A stretch of DNA of 44,465 nucleotides from Casimicrobiaceae bacterium (GTDB lineage Bacteria > Pseudomonadota > Gammaproteobacteria > Burkholderiales > Casimicrobiaceae). Below are positions 18,921-29,353 of the stretch, one piece after another. Each line of letters starts with the position of its first letter. Within the stretch, counting starts at the first letter, position 1. The position numbers and the translations under genes are program-made. The notes under the pieces were generated by a model. It saw only the letters and a program-made list of their open reading frames with translations. It had not been told where the DNA came from and made no database searches. The DNA lies in assembly GCA_035607385.1 (NCBI GenBank), contig DATNAR010000258.1, positions 1-44,465 on the forward strand, given 5' to 3'.

Positions 18921-21900
18921 TTGCCCTTGGACAGGTCCGAGAAAATCGACGTACGAACCGCGGCGGCAGCGCTGAGCGCCCGGAGTAAGGAGGGTCTGCA
19001 AAAACTCCTTCGCCCGATCGCGCACGTCGGCGCTCGACTGGCCACGCCGGCCGTTCCCGTCGATGGCCCGCCTCTTCGGGCGGAGCTGTTCACCGCCGAG
19101 CAGATGGCGCAGCACGGTCGCGCGCTGGCCGCGTTGCACAAGCGGCGAGACTCGCCGGGACCCGATCGACTCCTCGCGCGCCTTGCCGACAATGACGCCA
19201 TCCTGGCGAAGACGTGCGGGCTGCTGATGGCTACCGTCAAGGCGGACCAGCGCCTTACGCCGGCTGCCGAGTGGCTGCTCGATAATTTCTATCTCATCCA
19301 AGAGCAGATACGCACTGCGCGACGCGACCTGCCCAAGGGCTACAGCGAGAAGCTTCCGCAGCTCTCGACAGGTCCGTCGGCGGGGCTGCCGCGCGTCTAC
19401 GATATTGCGCTGGAAACGGTGTCGCACGGCGACGGTCGCGTCGACTCGGCGAGCCTGCGTGGGTTCATCGCTGCCTACCAGACCGTGGCGCCGCTGATGC
19501 TCGGCGAATTGTGGGCCGTGCCGATCATGCTGCGGCTCGCCTTGATCGAGAACCTGCGCCGGGCGGGGACGCGCCTCTTCGCCGGCAGGACCGATCGCAG
19601 CCTGGCCAACGCGTGGGCCGAACGGATGATCGAAGTGGCGGCCGAGGATCCGAAGAGCGTCATCCTGGAGATCGCCGACATGGCGCGCACGCGGCCTCCG
19701 CAGAGCAGCGCATTCGTCGCCGAGTTCGCCCGCCGCCTTCAGGGGCAAGGTGCGGCGCTGGCGCTGCCGCTCACCTGGCTCGAGCAGCTCCTTTCCGAGT
19801 CCGGACAGACGATCGAGAATCTGGCCCAGGAGGAAAATCGGCAGCAGGCTGCGGATCAGGTGTCGATCAGCAACAGCATCGGCAGCCTTCGCTTTCTCGC
19901 GGCGACCGATTGGCCCGAATTCGTCGAGACCATGAGTCTGGTCGAGCAGACGCTGCGCCGCGATCCCGCCCGGGTTTACGCAAACATGGATTTCACGACC
20001 CGCGACCGATGCCGTCATGCCGTGGAACGGATAGCGCTGCGCAGCCCGCGCTCGGAGCTCGAGGTGGCGCGACTCGCGGTTGAGCTGGCCGAAGCGAGCC
20101 TGCGCCGGCAATCGGCCGACGAACGTTATGGGCACGTGGGTTTCTACCTCATCGATCGCGGTGTCCCGGCTCTCGAAAGCGCAGCAGGAATGCGCGTGCG
20201 GTACCTGCACGCGCTCAGGCGCGGGAACTTCCCGTCGTCCCTGCCGATATACCTCGACGGCATTATGCTGATCACCGCCGTCTTCACGGCCGCGCTGGTG
20301 GTCAACGCCAGTGCGGAGGGCGTCCGCGGCTGGATGCTCGCCGCCACCGCGCTGCTGTCGCTTCTTTGCGCGAGCCAGCTGGGCGTCGCGGTGGCGAACT
20401 GGGTCGCGACCGTGCTGTGCGCGCCGCGCGCGCTGCCGCGAATGGACTACTCGAAGGGCGTCCCGACCGAGGCGCGAACACTCGTCGTGGTGCCTTCCAT
20501 GCTGGCCAGCGCCGTTCATGTCGACGAGCTGCTGCAGGCGCTGGAGGTTCGATTTCTTGCCAACCGGAGCGCCAACGTCCACTTCGGTCTGCTGACCGAT
20601 TTTGTCGACGCCGCCGCAGAATCGGTCCCCCACGACGATATGGTCCTGCAGCTCGTGCAACGCGGCATCGAGACGCTGAATGAAAAATACCCGCAGTCGG
20701 CAGCAGAGGGCGACGCCTTCTACCTGTTCCACCGCCCGCGGCGCTGGAATGGACAGGAAAAGCTGTGGATGGGTCACGAACGCAAGCGCGGGAAGCTCGC
20801 GGACCTCAATGCGCTCCTGCGCGGCCGTGGCGAGGGTCGCTTCCTGCGCATCGTCGGCGCCATCGCCGCACTTCGCGACGTCCGCTATGTGATTACGCTC
20901 GACACCGATACGCTGTTACCCAAAGATGCCGTCCGTGAGCTGGCCGCCGCCATGGCGCATCCGCTCAATCGGCCTCGTTACGACGAGCGGCGTCAATGCA
21001 TCGTCGAAGGTTACGGGATACTGCAGCCACGCATCGCGCCCAGTCTCATCGGCAGCAACCGGTCGCGGTACGCGCGGCTCTGGGGAAGCGAGCCCGGTGT
21101 CGATCCCTATACGCGAGCGATCTCGGATGTCTACCAGGACCTGTTCGGCGAAGGCTCGTTCATCGGCAAGGGCATCTACGATGTCGATGCTTTCGAAGCC
21201 ACGCTCAAGGATCGTTTCCCGGAAAACAGGATATTGAGCCACGATCTGCTGGAGGGATGCTATGCCCGCTCGGGGCTGGTGAGCGACGTCCAGCTCTATG
21301 AGGAGTATCCACCGCGCTACCTGGTCGATGTCAGCCGGCGCCTGCGCTGGATCCGGGGCGACTGGCAGATCGCCGGCTGGCTGCTCCCGCGCGTGCCGGT
21401 ACCCGCGGACCAGCGGGCGCGCAATGTTCTTTCCGCGTTGTCGCGCTGGAAAATCTTCGACAATCTCCGCCGGAGCCTCGTCCCCATCGGCCTGGTTGCG
21501 CTATTGATCTTCGGCTGGACGACCCTGGCTTCGTCTGCGCTGTGGACGGTCGCGGTGCTGGGTATCATCCTGATCCCGCCGCTGCTGGTCTCGATCCTCG
21601 AGATGCTGCGCAAGCGCGACGATGTCTTGTTGAGCCAGCACCTTTTCGCTTCGCTGCGCTCGATGGCGCAGCACTTTGCGCAAGTGGCGTTCAGCCTGTC
21701 ATGCCTGCCGTACGAGGCGTTCATCAGCCTCAACGCCATCGTGCGGGCGGGATGGCGGATGCTGGTCAGCCATCGCCGCTTGCTGGAGTGGACTCCGTCG
21801 GCGCAGGCAAACAACGGCGCCAGCGATCTATGGACCTCGATCCGCGCCATGTGGATTGCGCCTTTCGTCGGATTGGCAACGATCGCGTATCTGTTTGCCT

Positions 21901-24900
21901 TCAACCGCGAGGCGCTGGACGTTGCGTTGCCCATCCTGTGCCTCTGGCTGGCGGCTCCGGGACTGGCCTGGTGGACAAGCCTGCCGTACCTTGACCGGCC
22001 GGCGCAACTATCCTTCGAGCAAGTACGACTGCTGCGCAAGCTGGCCCGCAAGAACTGGCATTATTTCGAGACGTTCGTCGGGCCCGACGACAACTGGCTG
22101 CCACCCGACAACTATCAGGAGCAGCCGGTGGCGATCGTCGCCCATCGCACGTCGCCGACCAACATCGGGCTGGCGTTGCTCGCCAATCTCGCGGCCTACG
22201 ATCTGGGCTATCTAACGATGGGGGAAATGATCGAGCGGACGTCGGCGACCTTTTCCACGATGGCCGACATGGCGCGCCACAACGGTCACTTCTTCAACTG
22301 GTACGACACCCAGGCGCGGCAACGGCTTTCGGGGTACGTGTCGACCGTCGACAGCGGCAACCTCATCGCCCACCTGCTGACGCTGCGCGCCGGCCTGCTG
22401 ACCTTGGCCGACGAGGCGATTCTCAGCCTCCGCTGGTTCGATGGCTTGCGCGATACGTATCGGCTGCTGGTCGACGTCGTCGGCAATAACGCGGTTGTGG
22501 GGCTCGCCGACTTCGAGCGCTGCCTGGGCGCCGCGCGAGCTGCGTCGCCGGCAAGCCTTGATTCAACCTGGTGGCACCTCAACGTCTTGTCGACCTCGGC
22601 GCGCGCCGTTGCCGCGGCAATCGACTCGTCGCCAGCTGCCCCGGACGAGGCGAAGCGTTGGAGCAAGGCTCTGGTCCGGCAGTGCAAGGCCGGCGTGGAC
22701 GAGCTCGCGCTGCTGGCTCCCTGGGTGGCAAGCGGAGATGGCCAGGCACCGGAAGCGGCGCCTCGCGTCGTCGCGGCGTCCGCGCTGCCGACGCTGCGCG
22801 AGCTTGCCCTGCGCGGTAGCGATCCCTCGACGTCCGGCGAGCCAGCCGTCGCCGCCCGCGAGCGGATCGTCGCCATCGACGCTTTGATCGCACAGGCCAC
22901 CGAGTTCTCGACGGTCGATTATGAGTTTCTGTTCGACCGCGGCCGCCGCCTCCTCTCCATCGGCTATGACGTCGTCGAGCAACGGCGGGACGCGAGCTTT
23001 TACGACTTGCTGGCCTCGGAGGCACGGGTGTGCAGCTTCGTCGGCATCGCGCAAGGCAAGCTGCCGCAGGAGAACTGGTTCGCCCTGGGTCGCATGTTGA
23101 CGCGCGCCGGCGGCACGCCGACCTTGCTCTCCTGGAGCGGGTCGATGTTCGAGTACCTGATGCCCTCGCTGATCATGCCTTCGTTTGCCAATACGCTGCT
23201 CGATCAGACTTACAAGGCGGCGGTGCAGCGGCAGATAGAGTACGGCCGCCGTCGCGGCGTAGCGTGGGGAATCTCCGAATGTGCCTACAATACCGTCGAC
23301 GTCGCGCTCAACTACCAGTACCGCGCCTTCGGCGTGCCCGGGCTTGGCCTCAAGAGCGGGCTCGCCGAGGATCTCGTTATCGCGCCGTACGCCTCAGCGC
23401 TCGCGCTCACGGTGAAGCCTGTCGAAGCGTGCGCCAATATCGAGCGGATGATCGACGCCGGCTTTGCCGGGCGGTTCGGGCTCTACGACGCGATCGATTA
23501 CACGCCCTCCCGCGTGCCGCGCGGGCAACCCTACGCCATCGTGCAGGCTTTCATGGCGCACCACCAAGGCATGACGCTGCTGGCACTGCTCCACGTGCTC
23601 GAAGACGGCGCGATGCAGCGCCGATTCGAGTCCGATCCCTTGTTCCAGTCGGCGATGCTCCTGCTACAGGAGCGGGTGCCCAGGGCAACCGGATTTTATG
23701 CCCGGGCCGCGGAGCTTGCCGACTTGCGGCCGAGCACGCCGATCGCCGGCGTGGCGCTTCGCACCATCGGCAATCCCGAGACGCGGTCACCCGAGCTGCA
23801 GTTGCTGTCCAACGGCCGTTTGCACGTGATGGTGACCGCCGCCGGCGGCGGCTACAGCCGGTGGGGAAACTTTCAGATTACGCGCTGGCGCGAGGATCCG
23901 ACCCGCGACTCATGGGGTGCGTTCTGCTACATCCGCGACGTCAGCAGCGGCGCGTTCTGGTCGGCCGCCCATCAACCTACCGGCAAGCGCGCCGACCACT
24001 ACGAAGCGATATTTTCGGAATCGCGCGCGGAGTTTCGCCGCCGCGATGGTGAATTCGAAACCCACACCGAAATCGCGGTTTCGCCCGAGGACGATATCGA
24101 ACTGCGCCGCATCCGCATCAGCAACCGCGCGCGTTCGTCGCGTACGATCGACGTCACCAGCTATGCCGAAGTGGTCCTGGCGCCGCCCGCCGCCGATGCC
24201 CAGGCGCCGGCGTTCGGCAACCTGTTCGTGCAGACGGAGATTTTGCCGCAGAAGAACGCCATCCTGTGCACCCGCCGCCCGCGCTCCGCAAGCGAAGCCG
24301 TTCCCTGGATGTTCCATTTGATGAAAGTGCACGGCGACGATGGCGGTGCCGTCTCGTATGAAACCGACCGCGGCCGCTTCATCGGCCGTTGCAATACCAC
24401 GGCCGCGCCGGCGGCGATGCTGCAAAGCGCGCCGCTATCGGGCAGCGCGGGCTCGGTGCTCGACCCGGTGGCCGCGATCCGCAGGGGCGGCCAGGTGAAG
24501 GCCGGGGCGTCGCTCACGATCGATATCGTGACCGGCATCAGCGAGACGCGCGAAGGGTGTCTGGCCCTGATCGACAAGTACCAGGATCCGAGCCTTGCCG
24601 AACGGGTCTTCGATCTGGCCTGGACGCACAGCAGCGTGACCTTGCGCCAGCTCAACGCCAGCGAAGCCGAAGCGCAGCTTTACAACCGCCTTGCCGCCGC
24701 CGTGCTCTACGCCAATCCCGCGCTGCGTGCGGATCCGTCGGTCATCAAGAAAAACCGCCGCGGTCAATCGGGGCTGTGGGGCTATGCGATCTCGGGAGAC
24801 CTGCCGATCGTTCTGCTGCAGATCGAGGACGCGGCCAATATCGATTTGGTGCGGCAAATGATCCGGGCGCACGCCTACTGGCGGCAAAAGGGATTGGCGG

Positions 24901-27743
24901 TCGACCTCGTGATATGGAACGAAGATCATTCCGGCTACCGGCAGGCGCTGCACGACCAGATTTCCGGCCTGATTGCGGCGGGCGTCGAAGCCCATCTGCT
25001 CGATCGGCCGGGCGGGATATTCGTCCGCCGCGGGGAGCAGATCGCCGACGAGGACCGCTTGCTGTTCCAGACCGTCGCGCGCGCCGTCATCGTCGATCGC
25101 CTGGGCACGCTCGCCGAGCAGGTTGGCCGCCGCCTGCCGCTCGATGCGGCGATCGCGCGTCCCGCACCGCCGGCGGCACGTCGCCGTGAAGCAGCTCCGA
25201 TCGAGGAGCGGCCGCGGCGGGCGCTGGCGTTCGACAACGGGCTCGGCGGCTTTACCGACGACGGGCGGGAATACGTCATCGTCACCGATCGCGACACCCG
25301 GACGCCGACGCCATGGTCCAATGTGCTGGCCAACCCGGATTTCGGCTGTGTCGTCTCGGAGAGCGGCCAAGCCTACACCTGGAGCGAGAACGCCCACGAG
25401 TTTCGCCTTACGCCCTGGCAAAACGACCCGGTCGGCGATGCGGCCGGCGAGGCGTTTTACATCCGGGACGAGGAGAGCCGCTACTACTGGTCGCCGACGC
25501 CGCTCCCGGCCAAGGGCGCGACGCCCTATACCACCCGGCACGGATTCGGCTATAGCGTGTTCGAGCACGCGGAGGAGGGCGTGGCGAGCGAACTGCAGGT
25601 CTTTGTCGCGCTCGACGCCCCGGTCAAGTTCGCCGTGCTGAAGCTGCGTAACGAAAGCGAGCGCAGCCGCCGTCTTTCGCTGACCGGGTACGTCGAATGG
25701 GTGCTTGGCGATCTGCCCGCCAAGACCGGCATGCACGTGATTACCGAGTTCGACGCGCGCAGCGGCGTTCTGTTTGCCCGCAACCCGTATAACAGCGAGT
25801 TTCCGCGACGAACGGCATTTTTCGACGTCGACGCGCCGACGCGCAGCGTGACCGGCGACCGCTGCGAATTTATCGGCCGTTCCGCAGCGCTCGACCACCC
25901 GGCGGCAATGGTCGCAGCGGATCTTTCCGGCCGGACCGGCGCGGCGCTTGACCCCTGCGGAGCGATCCGGGTTGCTTGTCAGCTTGGTCCCGGCGAAGCG
26001 CGGGAATTCGTGTTCCGTCTCGGCGCCGGTCGCGATGCAGACGACGCGGCCGCGATCGCGCTACGCCATCAGGGACGCGGCGCTGCCAGCGATGCGCTGG
26101 AAAAGGTCAGGCAATACTGGCAGCGCACCCTTGGCGCCGTACAGGTGTCGACGCCGGACAGCGGCCTGAATTTCCTCGCCAATGGCTGGCTGGTCTACCA
26201 GGTGCTGGCTTGCCGGCTGTGGGGGCGCAGCGGGTACTACCAGTCGGGCGGCGCCTTCGGGTTTCGCGACCAGCTTCAGGATGTGATGGCCCTGCTGCAC
26301 TGCGAGCCGCGGCTTGCCCGCGAGCACTTGCTGCGTTGCGCCGCGCACCAGTTTATCGAAGGCGACGTGCAGCATTGGTGGCACCCGCCGCTGGGGCGGG
26401 GCATCCGGTCGCTGTGCTCCGACGACTTCCTCTGGCTGCCGTTGGCGGCATGTCGCTATGTCGGCGTCACCGGTGATGCCGGTATCCTCGATGAGCCGGT
26501 CCCTTTCCTCGAGGGTCGCCCGCTCGCCGCCGGCGAAGACTCGTACTACGACCTGCCCGCCCGCTCGGAAACGGCAGCGAGCCTGTACGATCATTGCGTC
26601 CGCGCCTTGCTCCACGGGATGCGCTATGGAGCGCACGGATTGCCGTTGATGGGCTCCGGTGACTGGAACGACGCCATGAATCTGGTCGGCGTCGAAGGCA
26701 AGGGCGAGAGCGTATGGCTCGCATTCTTCTTGCACACGGTACTCGAGGAGTTTGCCGAAATCGCACGCCAGCGCAATGACTCCGCCTTGGTCGAGCGCTG
26801 CGATCAGGAAGCGCAAGGTCTGCGCAGCAGCATTGCCGCGCACGGCTGGGATGGCGCCTGGTATCGCCGCGCGTACTTCGACGACGGTACGCCATTGGGC
26901 TCGGCGACCGATCCGGAATGCCGCATCGATTCGATTGCGCAGAGCTGGGCAGTTCTGGCCGGGATCGACGACGGCGGTCGCCCGCGGCTTGCGATGGAGG
27001 CCGTCGATCGACGGCTCGTTGCGCGCGGCGAAGGTCTGGTGCGATTGCTTGAGCCGCCTTTCGACGCCTCGTCGCTCGAACCCGGATACATCAAGGGATA
27101 CGCGCCCGGGATCCGCGAAAACGGCGGTCAATATACGCACGCCGCGATCTGGGCGGCAATGGCCTTCGCCGCGCTGGGCGACGGCACGCGCGCCGAGGAG
27201 TTGTTGTCCATCATCAACCCGATCAACCATGCCAAGACGGCTGCCGCGGTCGCCGTGTTCAAGACCGAGCCCTTCGTGGTCCCCGCAGACGTCTACGCTT
27301 GCGCGCCGCACACGGGCCGCGGCGGCTGGACCTGGTATACCGGCTCCGCAGGATGGATGTACCGTTTGATCGTCGAATCCCTGATCGGGCTCACGGTTCG
27401 CGCGGACACGCTGTCGATAGCGCCATGCTTACCTCCGACCTGGCCGCGGGTGGAACTGGATTACCGGTACAAGAACACCCTCTACCATATTGAAATCTGC
27501 CGTGCTTCCGGAATGCCCGCCGATCTGCAGGGCCACAGGCTTCGGGTCGTCCTGGACGACATGGACGTGAGCGAGCAGCACATCAAGTTGGTGGACGATC
27601 GCCGGAGCCATCTCGTTCAGGTGACCTTGGTGTCCGCCGAAGACAGTCAGTGGCGCGAGCGAGACGTTGCCGCTCGAGGGGCAGCCGCAAGTGTCGAGCA
27701 CAAGACCCACCGGGAAACGGGCGGTGACGCTGCCCGCGGTTAG
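18921..27743 (+). CDS. cgs: Cyclic beta-1,2-glucan synthase (NdvB/ChvB/Cgs type; GT84 domain, membrane segments, middle glucanase-like domain, C-terminal GH94 domain)
   Basis: 2940 aa. The N-terminal region has 'TPAAEWLLDNFYLIQEQI'. The GT84 block has 'VRYVITLDTDTLLPKD', 'GYGILQPR', 'SHDLLEGCYARSGLVSDV', 'RWIRGDWQI' (about 20400-21400). Hydrophobic helices flank it. The middle domain has 'HRTSPTNIGLALLA', 'VSTVDSGNL', 'WSGSMFEYLMP', 'YQYRAFGVPGLGLK' (about 22000-23600). The GH94 half spans about 23800-27600. The only available start is TTG at 18921 (in-frame TAG 21 nt upstream), so the start codon is uncertain. Confidence 0.9.
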   Translation: MPLDRSEKIDVRTAAAALSARSKEGLQKLLRPIAHVGARLATPAVPVDGPPLRAELFTAEQMAQHGRALAALHKRRDSPGPDRLLARLADNDAILAKTCGLLMATVKADQRLTPAAEWLLDNFYLIQEQIRTARRDLPKGYSEKLPQLSTGPSAGLPRVYDIALETVSHGDGRVDSASLRGFIAAYQTVAPLMLGELWAVPIMLRLALIENLRRAGTRLFAGRTDRSLANAWAERMIEVAAEDPKSVILEIADMARTRPPQSSAFVAEFARRLQGQGAALALPLTWLEQLLSESGQTIENLAQEENRQQAADQVSISNSIGSLRFLAATDWPEFVETMSLVEQTLRRDPARVYANMDFTTRDRCRHAVERIALRSPRSELEVARLAVELAEASLRRQSADERYGHVGFYLIDRGVPALESAAGMRVRYLHALRRGNFPSSLPIYLDGIMLITAVFTAALVVNASAEGVRGWMLAATALLSLLCASQLGVAVANWVATVLCAPRALPRMDYSKGVPTEARTLVVVPSMLASAVHVDELLQALEVRFLANRSANVHFGLLTDFVDAAAESVPHDDMVLQLVQRGIETLNEKYPQSAAEGDAFYLFHRPRRWNGQEKLWMGHERKRGKLADLNALLRGRGEGRFLRIVGAIAALRDVRYVITLDTDTLLPKDAVRELAAAMAHPLNRPRYDERRQCIVEGYGILQPRIAPSLIGSNRSRYARLWGSEPGVDPYTRAISDVYQDLFGEGSFIGKGIYDVDAFEATLKDRFPENRILSHDLLEGCYARSGLVSDVQLYEEYPPRYLVDVSRRLRWIRGDWQIAGWLLPRVPVPADQRARNVLSALSRWKIFDNLRRSLVPIGLVALLIFGWTTLASSALWTVAVLGIILIPPLLVSILEMLRKRDDVLLSQHLFASLRSMAQHFAQVAFSLSCLPYEAFISLNAIVRAGWRMLVSHRRLLEWTPSAQANNGASDLWTSIRAMWIAPFVGLATIAYLFAFNREALDVALPILCLWLAAPGLAWWTSLPYLDRPAQLSFEQVRLLRKLARKNWHYFETFVGPDDNWLPPDNYQEQPVAIVAHRTSPTNIGLALLANLAAYDLGYLTMGEMIERTSATFSTMADMARHNGHFFNWYDTQARQRLSGYVSTVDSGNLIAHLLTLRAGLLTLADEAILSLRWFDGLRDTYRLLVDVVGNNAVVGLADFERCLGAARAASPASLDSTWWHLNVLSTSARAVAAAIDSSPAAPDEAKRWSKALVRQCKAGVDELALLAPWVASGDGQAPEAAPRVVAASALPTLRELALRGSDPSTSGEPAVAARERIVAIDALIAQATEFSTVDYEFLFDRGRRLLSIGYDVVEQRRDASFYDLLASEARVCSFVGIAQGKLPQENWFALGRMLTRAGGTPTLLSWSGSMFEYLMPSLIMPSFANTLLDQTYKAAVQRQIEYGRRRGVAWGISECAYNTVDVALNYQYRAFGVPGLGLKSGLAEDLVIAPYASALALTVKPVEACANIERMIDAGFAGRFGLYDAIDYTPSRVPRGQPYAIVQAFMAHHQGMTLLALLHVLEDGAMQRRFESDPLFQSAMLLLQERVPRATGFYARAAELADLRPSTPIAGVALRTIGNPETRSPELQLLSNGRLHVMVTAAGGGYSRWGNFQITRWREDPTRDSWGAFCYIRDVSSGAFWSAAHQPTGKRADHYEAIFSESRAEFRRRDGEFETHTEIAVSPEDDIELRRIRISNRARSSRTIDVTSYAEVVLAPPAADAQAPAFGNLFVQTEILPQKNAILCTRRPRSASEAVPWMFHLMKVHGDDGGAVSYETDRGRFIGRCNTTAAPAAMLQSAPLSGSAGSVLDPVAAIRRGGQVKAGASLTIDIVTGISETREGCLALIDKYQDPSLAERVFDLAWTHSSVTLRQLNASEAEAQLYNRLAAAVLYANPALRADPSVIKKNRRGQSGLWGYAISGDLPIVLLQIEDAANIDLVRQMIRAHAYWRQKGLAVDLVIWNEDHSGYRQALHDQISGLIAAGVEAHLLDRPGGIFVRRGEQIADEDRLLFQTVARAVIVDRLGTLAEQVGRRLPLDAAIARPAPPAARRREAAPIEERPRRALAFDNGLGGFTDDGREYVIVTDRDTRTPTPWSNVLANPDFGCVVSESGQAYTWSENAHEFRLTPWQNDPVGDAAGEAFYIRDEESRYYWSPTPLPAKGATPYTTRHGFGYSVFEHAEEGVASELQVFVALDAPVKFAVLKLRNESERSRRLSLTGYVEWVLGDLPAKTGMHVITEFDARSGVLFARNPYNSEFPRRTAFFDVDAPTRSVTGDRCEFIGRSAALDHPAAMVAADLSGRTGAALDPCGAIRVACQLGPGEAREFVFRLGAGRDADDAAAIALRHQGRGAASDALEKVRQYWQRTLGAVQVSTPDSGLNFLANGWLVYQVLACRLWGRSGYYQSGGAFGFRDQLQDVMALLHCEPRLAREHLLRCAAHQFIEGDVQHWWHPPLGRGIRSLCSDDFLWLPLAACRYVGVTGDAGILDEPVPFLEGRPLAAGEDSYYDLPARSETAASLYDHCVRALLHGMRYGAHGLPLMGSGDWNDAMNLVGVEGKGESVWLAFFLHTVLEEFAEIARQRNDSALVERCDQEAQGLRSSIAAHGWDGAWYRRAYFDDGTPLGSATDPECRIDSIAQSWAVLAGIDDGGRPRLAMEAVDRRLVARGEGLVRLLEPPFDASSLEPGYIKGYAPGIRENGGQYTHAAIWAAMAFAALGDGTRAEELLSIINPINHAKTAAAVAVFKTEPFVVPADVYACAPHTGRGGWTWYTGSAGWMYRLIVESLIGLTVRADTLSIAPCLPPTWPRVELDYRYKNTLYHIEICRASGMPADLQGHRLRVVLDDMDVSEQHIKLVDDRRSHLVQVTLVSAEDSQWRERDVAARGAAASVEHKTHRETGGDAARG

Positions 27744-28117
27744 TGTGCAGGTCTGAAGTTCCGACGATAAAGGAACGAGCGTATGGGGTCGGTAGGCAAG
27801 GCGCGTCCGGACGAAGCCGCCGCGAACCACCGCCCCTGTGTCGGTTTCCCGTACCGGTTTGGCGCGACTGGAAGGTGAACGGCGAAGACTTCGACTAACG
27901 GGCTGAATTACGGGTCGAATACTGGTTAAGAGCGACCGTCGGATGCTCTCAACTCGCCGACGTCACCTCGCGGACTTCGCGCGGCCATGTTTCAGGCTGA
28001 TACTGATGAAATCGCGCATGAAGCTCAGCGTCGGCATCATTTCTCTGGCGTTGCCATTGCGTCAAGACTCAGATGAGATCGGAGAGGTATTTAATTTCAT
28101 CACTGCGCAAAACGTGT

Positions 28118-29317
28118 CTATCCGGGCTTGCCGTCGAGGCGCGACCGCGACAGCACCGGCCAGTAACGAACCGCGTAGATAGTGAACGCAACGGACCAGC
28201 AACCGCCGGAAACGATGACGGTCGTTACGTAGGCGTCGGGTAAGAGCATGGCGCCCAGGACGCGGATCAACGCCGCGAGTTGAATGAGAACGAAGCATGC
28301 CACCTCGAAGCCGTCTGCCGCAAGCGAGCGCCCGGTATGGCCCCGTGCGGTGCGCGTCATCATACCCATCGTCATGCCACCGATGGCCCCGATCGTCAGC
28401 GCGTGAACAGCGAGCGGCTCTGCTACCCACCCAATCGCCGCAAGTCCTCGCAGCACGAGATAGACGACAATCCAGGCGTAAGACGCATGCAGAATCCACA
28501 CCAGCGGTGTCCTGATGGTTTGCCACGGTTGCCACAGACAGAGCCGTGCGGCGTGCGCAGCGGCGACGACAATCGCGAGGATTGCAATTATTTCGGAGGG
28601 CAGCTGCAGAACGTCGGCTCCGAGCAAAACCAGAACGCCGCCCAACGCGAGTTTCTCGACGAGCGGGTTGCGCGAGGCTCGCGCGCCCGGAATGGCGTTG
28701 TTGGTGAACATCGGAATCACTCGGCCGCCGATCACGGCCATGATGAACAGGACGAGATCGAGACCGACCTGCAAACCGGCCCGCTCCGGCCACGCGAACA
28801 CGCCCAGATAGGATAGATGCAGTGAGAGGACGGCTACGGCAAGGAGTAACAGCACCGCGACCAAGAAGTAGTTTCGACGGTTGCCACTGCGTACCAACGG
28901 GATCCCTATGCCCACCGCCACCGCTACCGGAAAAGCTGCGTTTACCAACGCAGCGGCGCTCTCGTAGGGCGTCAGTACCAGCGCTCTACCGGCGATCCAG
29001 AGCAACGCGAACGCCACGAGCGTTGCCCCGGTCGGCGTGGCTTGGCCGGTCCAGGTGCGAACGGCGGTGAACAGAAACCCGGCGATCACCGCCAGCGCGT
29101 AACCGAACAACATCTCGTGGCCGTGCCAAACCTGGCTGCGCAAATACGCAGCGGGCAGATAGCCCGCGTATTGGCAGACCCACAGTGGAATCGAGACGGC
29201 GGCGAAAATGCTGGCGAGCAGATAGAACGGCCGAAAGCCCAGGCTCCAAAGCGCAAAACGGGATGCTAGCGCCGTCGGCCGCAGCGCGGTCGGGCCGCGG
29301 TGCATGATCTCAGGCAC
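28118..29317 (-). CDS. nnrS: NnrS family membrane protein (haem/copper protein linked to NO stress)
   Basis: 399 aa and polytopic. The N-terminal 'LWSLGFRPFYLLASIFAAVSIPLWV..VWHGHEMLFGYALAVIAGFLFTAVRTWTG' matches the conserved NnrS opening. Confidence 0.85.
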   Translation of the reverse strand: MPEIMHRGPTALRPTALASRFALWSLGFRPFYLLASIFAAVSIPLWVCQYAGYLPAAYLRSQVWHGHEMLFGYALAVIAGFLFTAVRTWTGQATPTGATLVAFALLWIAGRALVLTPYESAAALVNAAFPVAVAVGIGIPLVRSGNRRNYFLVAVLLLLAVAVLSLHLSYLGVFAWPERAGLQVGLDLVLFIMAVIGGRVIPMFTNNAIPGARASRNPLVEKLALGGVLVLLGADVLQLPSEIIAILAIVVAAAHAARLCLWQPWQTIRTPLVWILHASYAWIVVYLVLRGLAAIGWVAEPLAVHALTIGAIGGMTMGMMTRTARGHTGRSLAADGFEVACFVLIQLAALIRVLGAMLLPDAYVTTVIVSGGCWSVAFTIYAVRYWPVLSRSRLDGKPG

Positions 29318-29353
29318 AAATCGAGCCCCTTAGCGCTGTCGCCGGGCGAAGCA

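Noticed and set aside
18390-20777. 795-aa ORF on the minus strand
   Set aside because: It is antisense to pgl and the 5' part of the glucan synthase, and no family resemblance is apparent. The plus-strand 2940-aa ORF is clearly genuine.
28061-28086. GTCAAGAC ... ATCGGAGAG, resembling two boxes of the tripartite motif
   Set aside because: The boxes are in the wrong relative orientation and spacing, the CCTACAG core is missing, and the site lies downstream of the nnrS stop, not upstream of a gene.
27744-28117. Intergenic region after the glucan synthase, checked for a terminator, a small RNA or the 79-aa ORF at 27943-28182
   Set aside because: It has only weak short stems without U-tracts. 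The ORF overlaps the nnrS 3' end and has no RBS or family resemblance.
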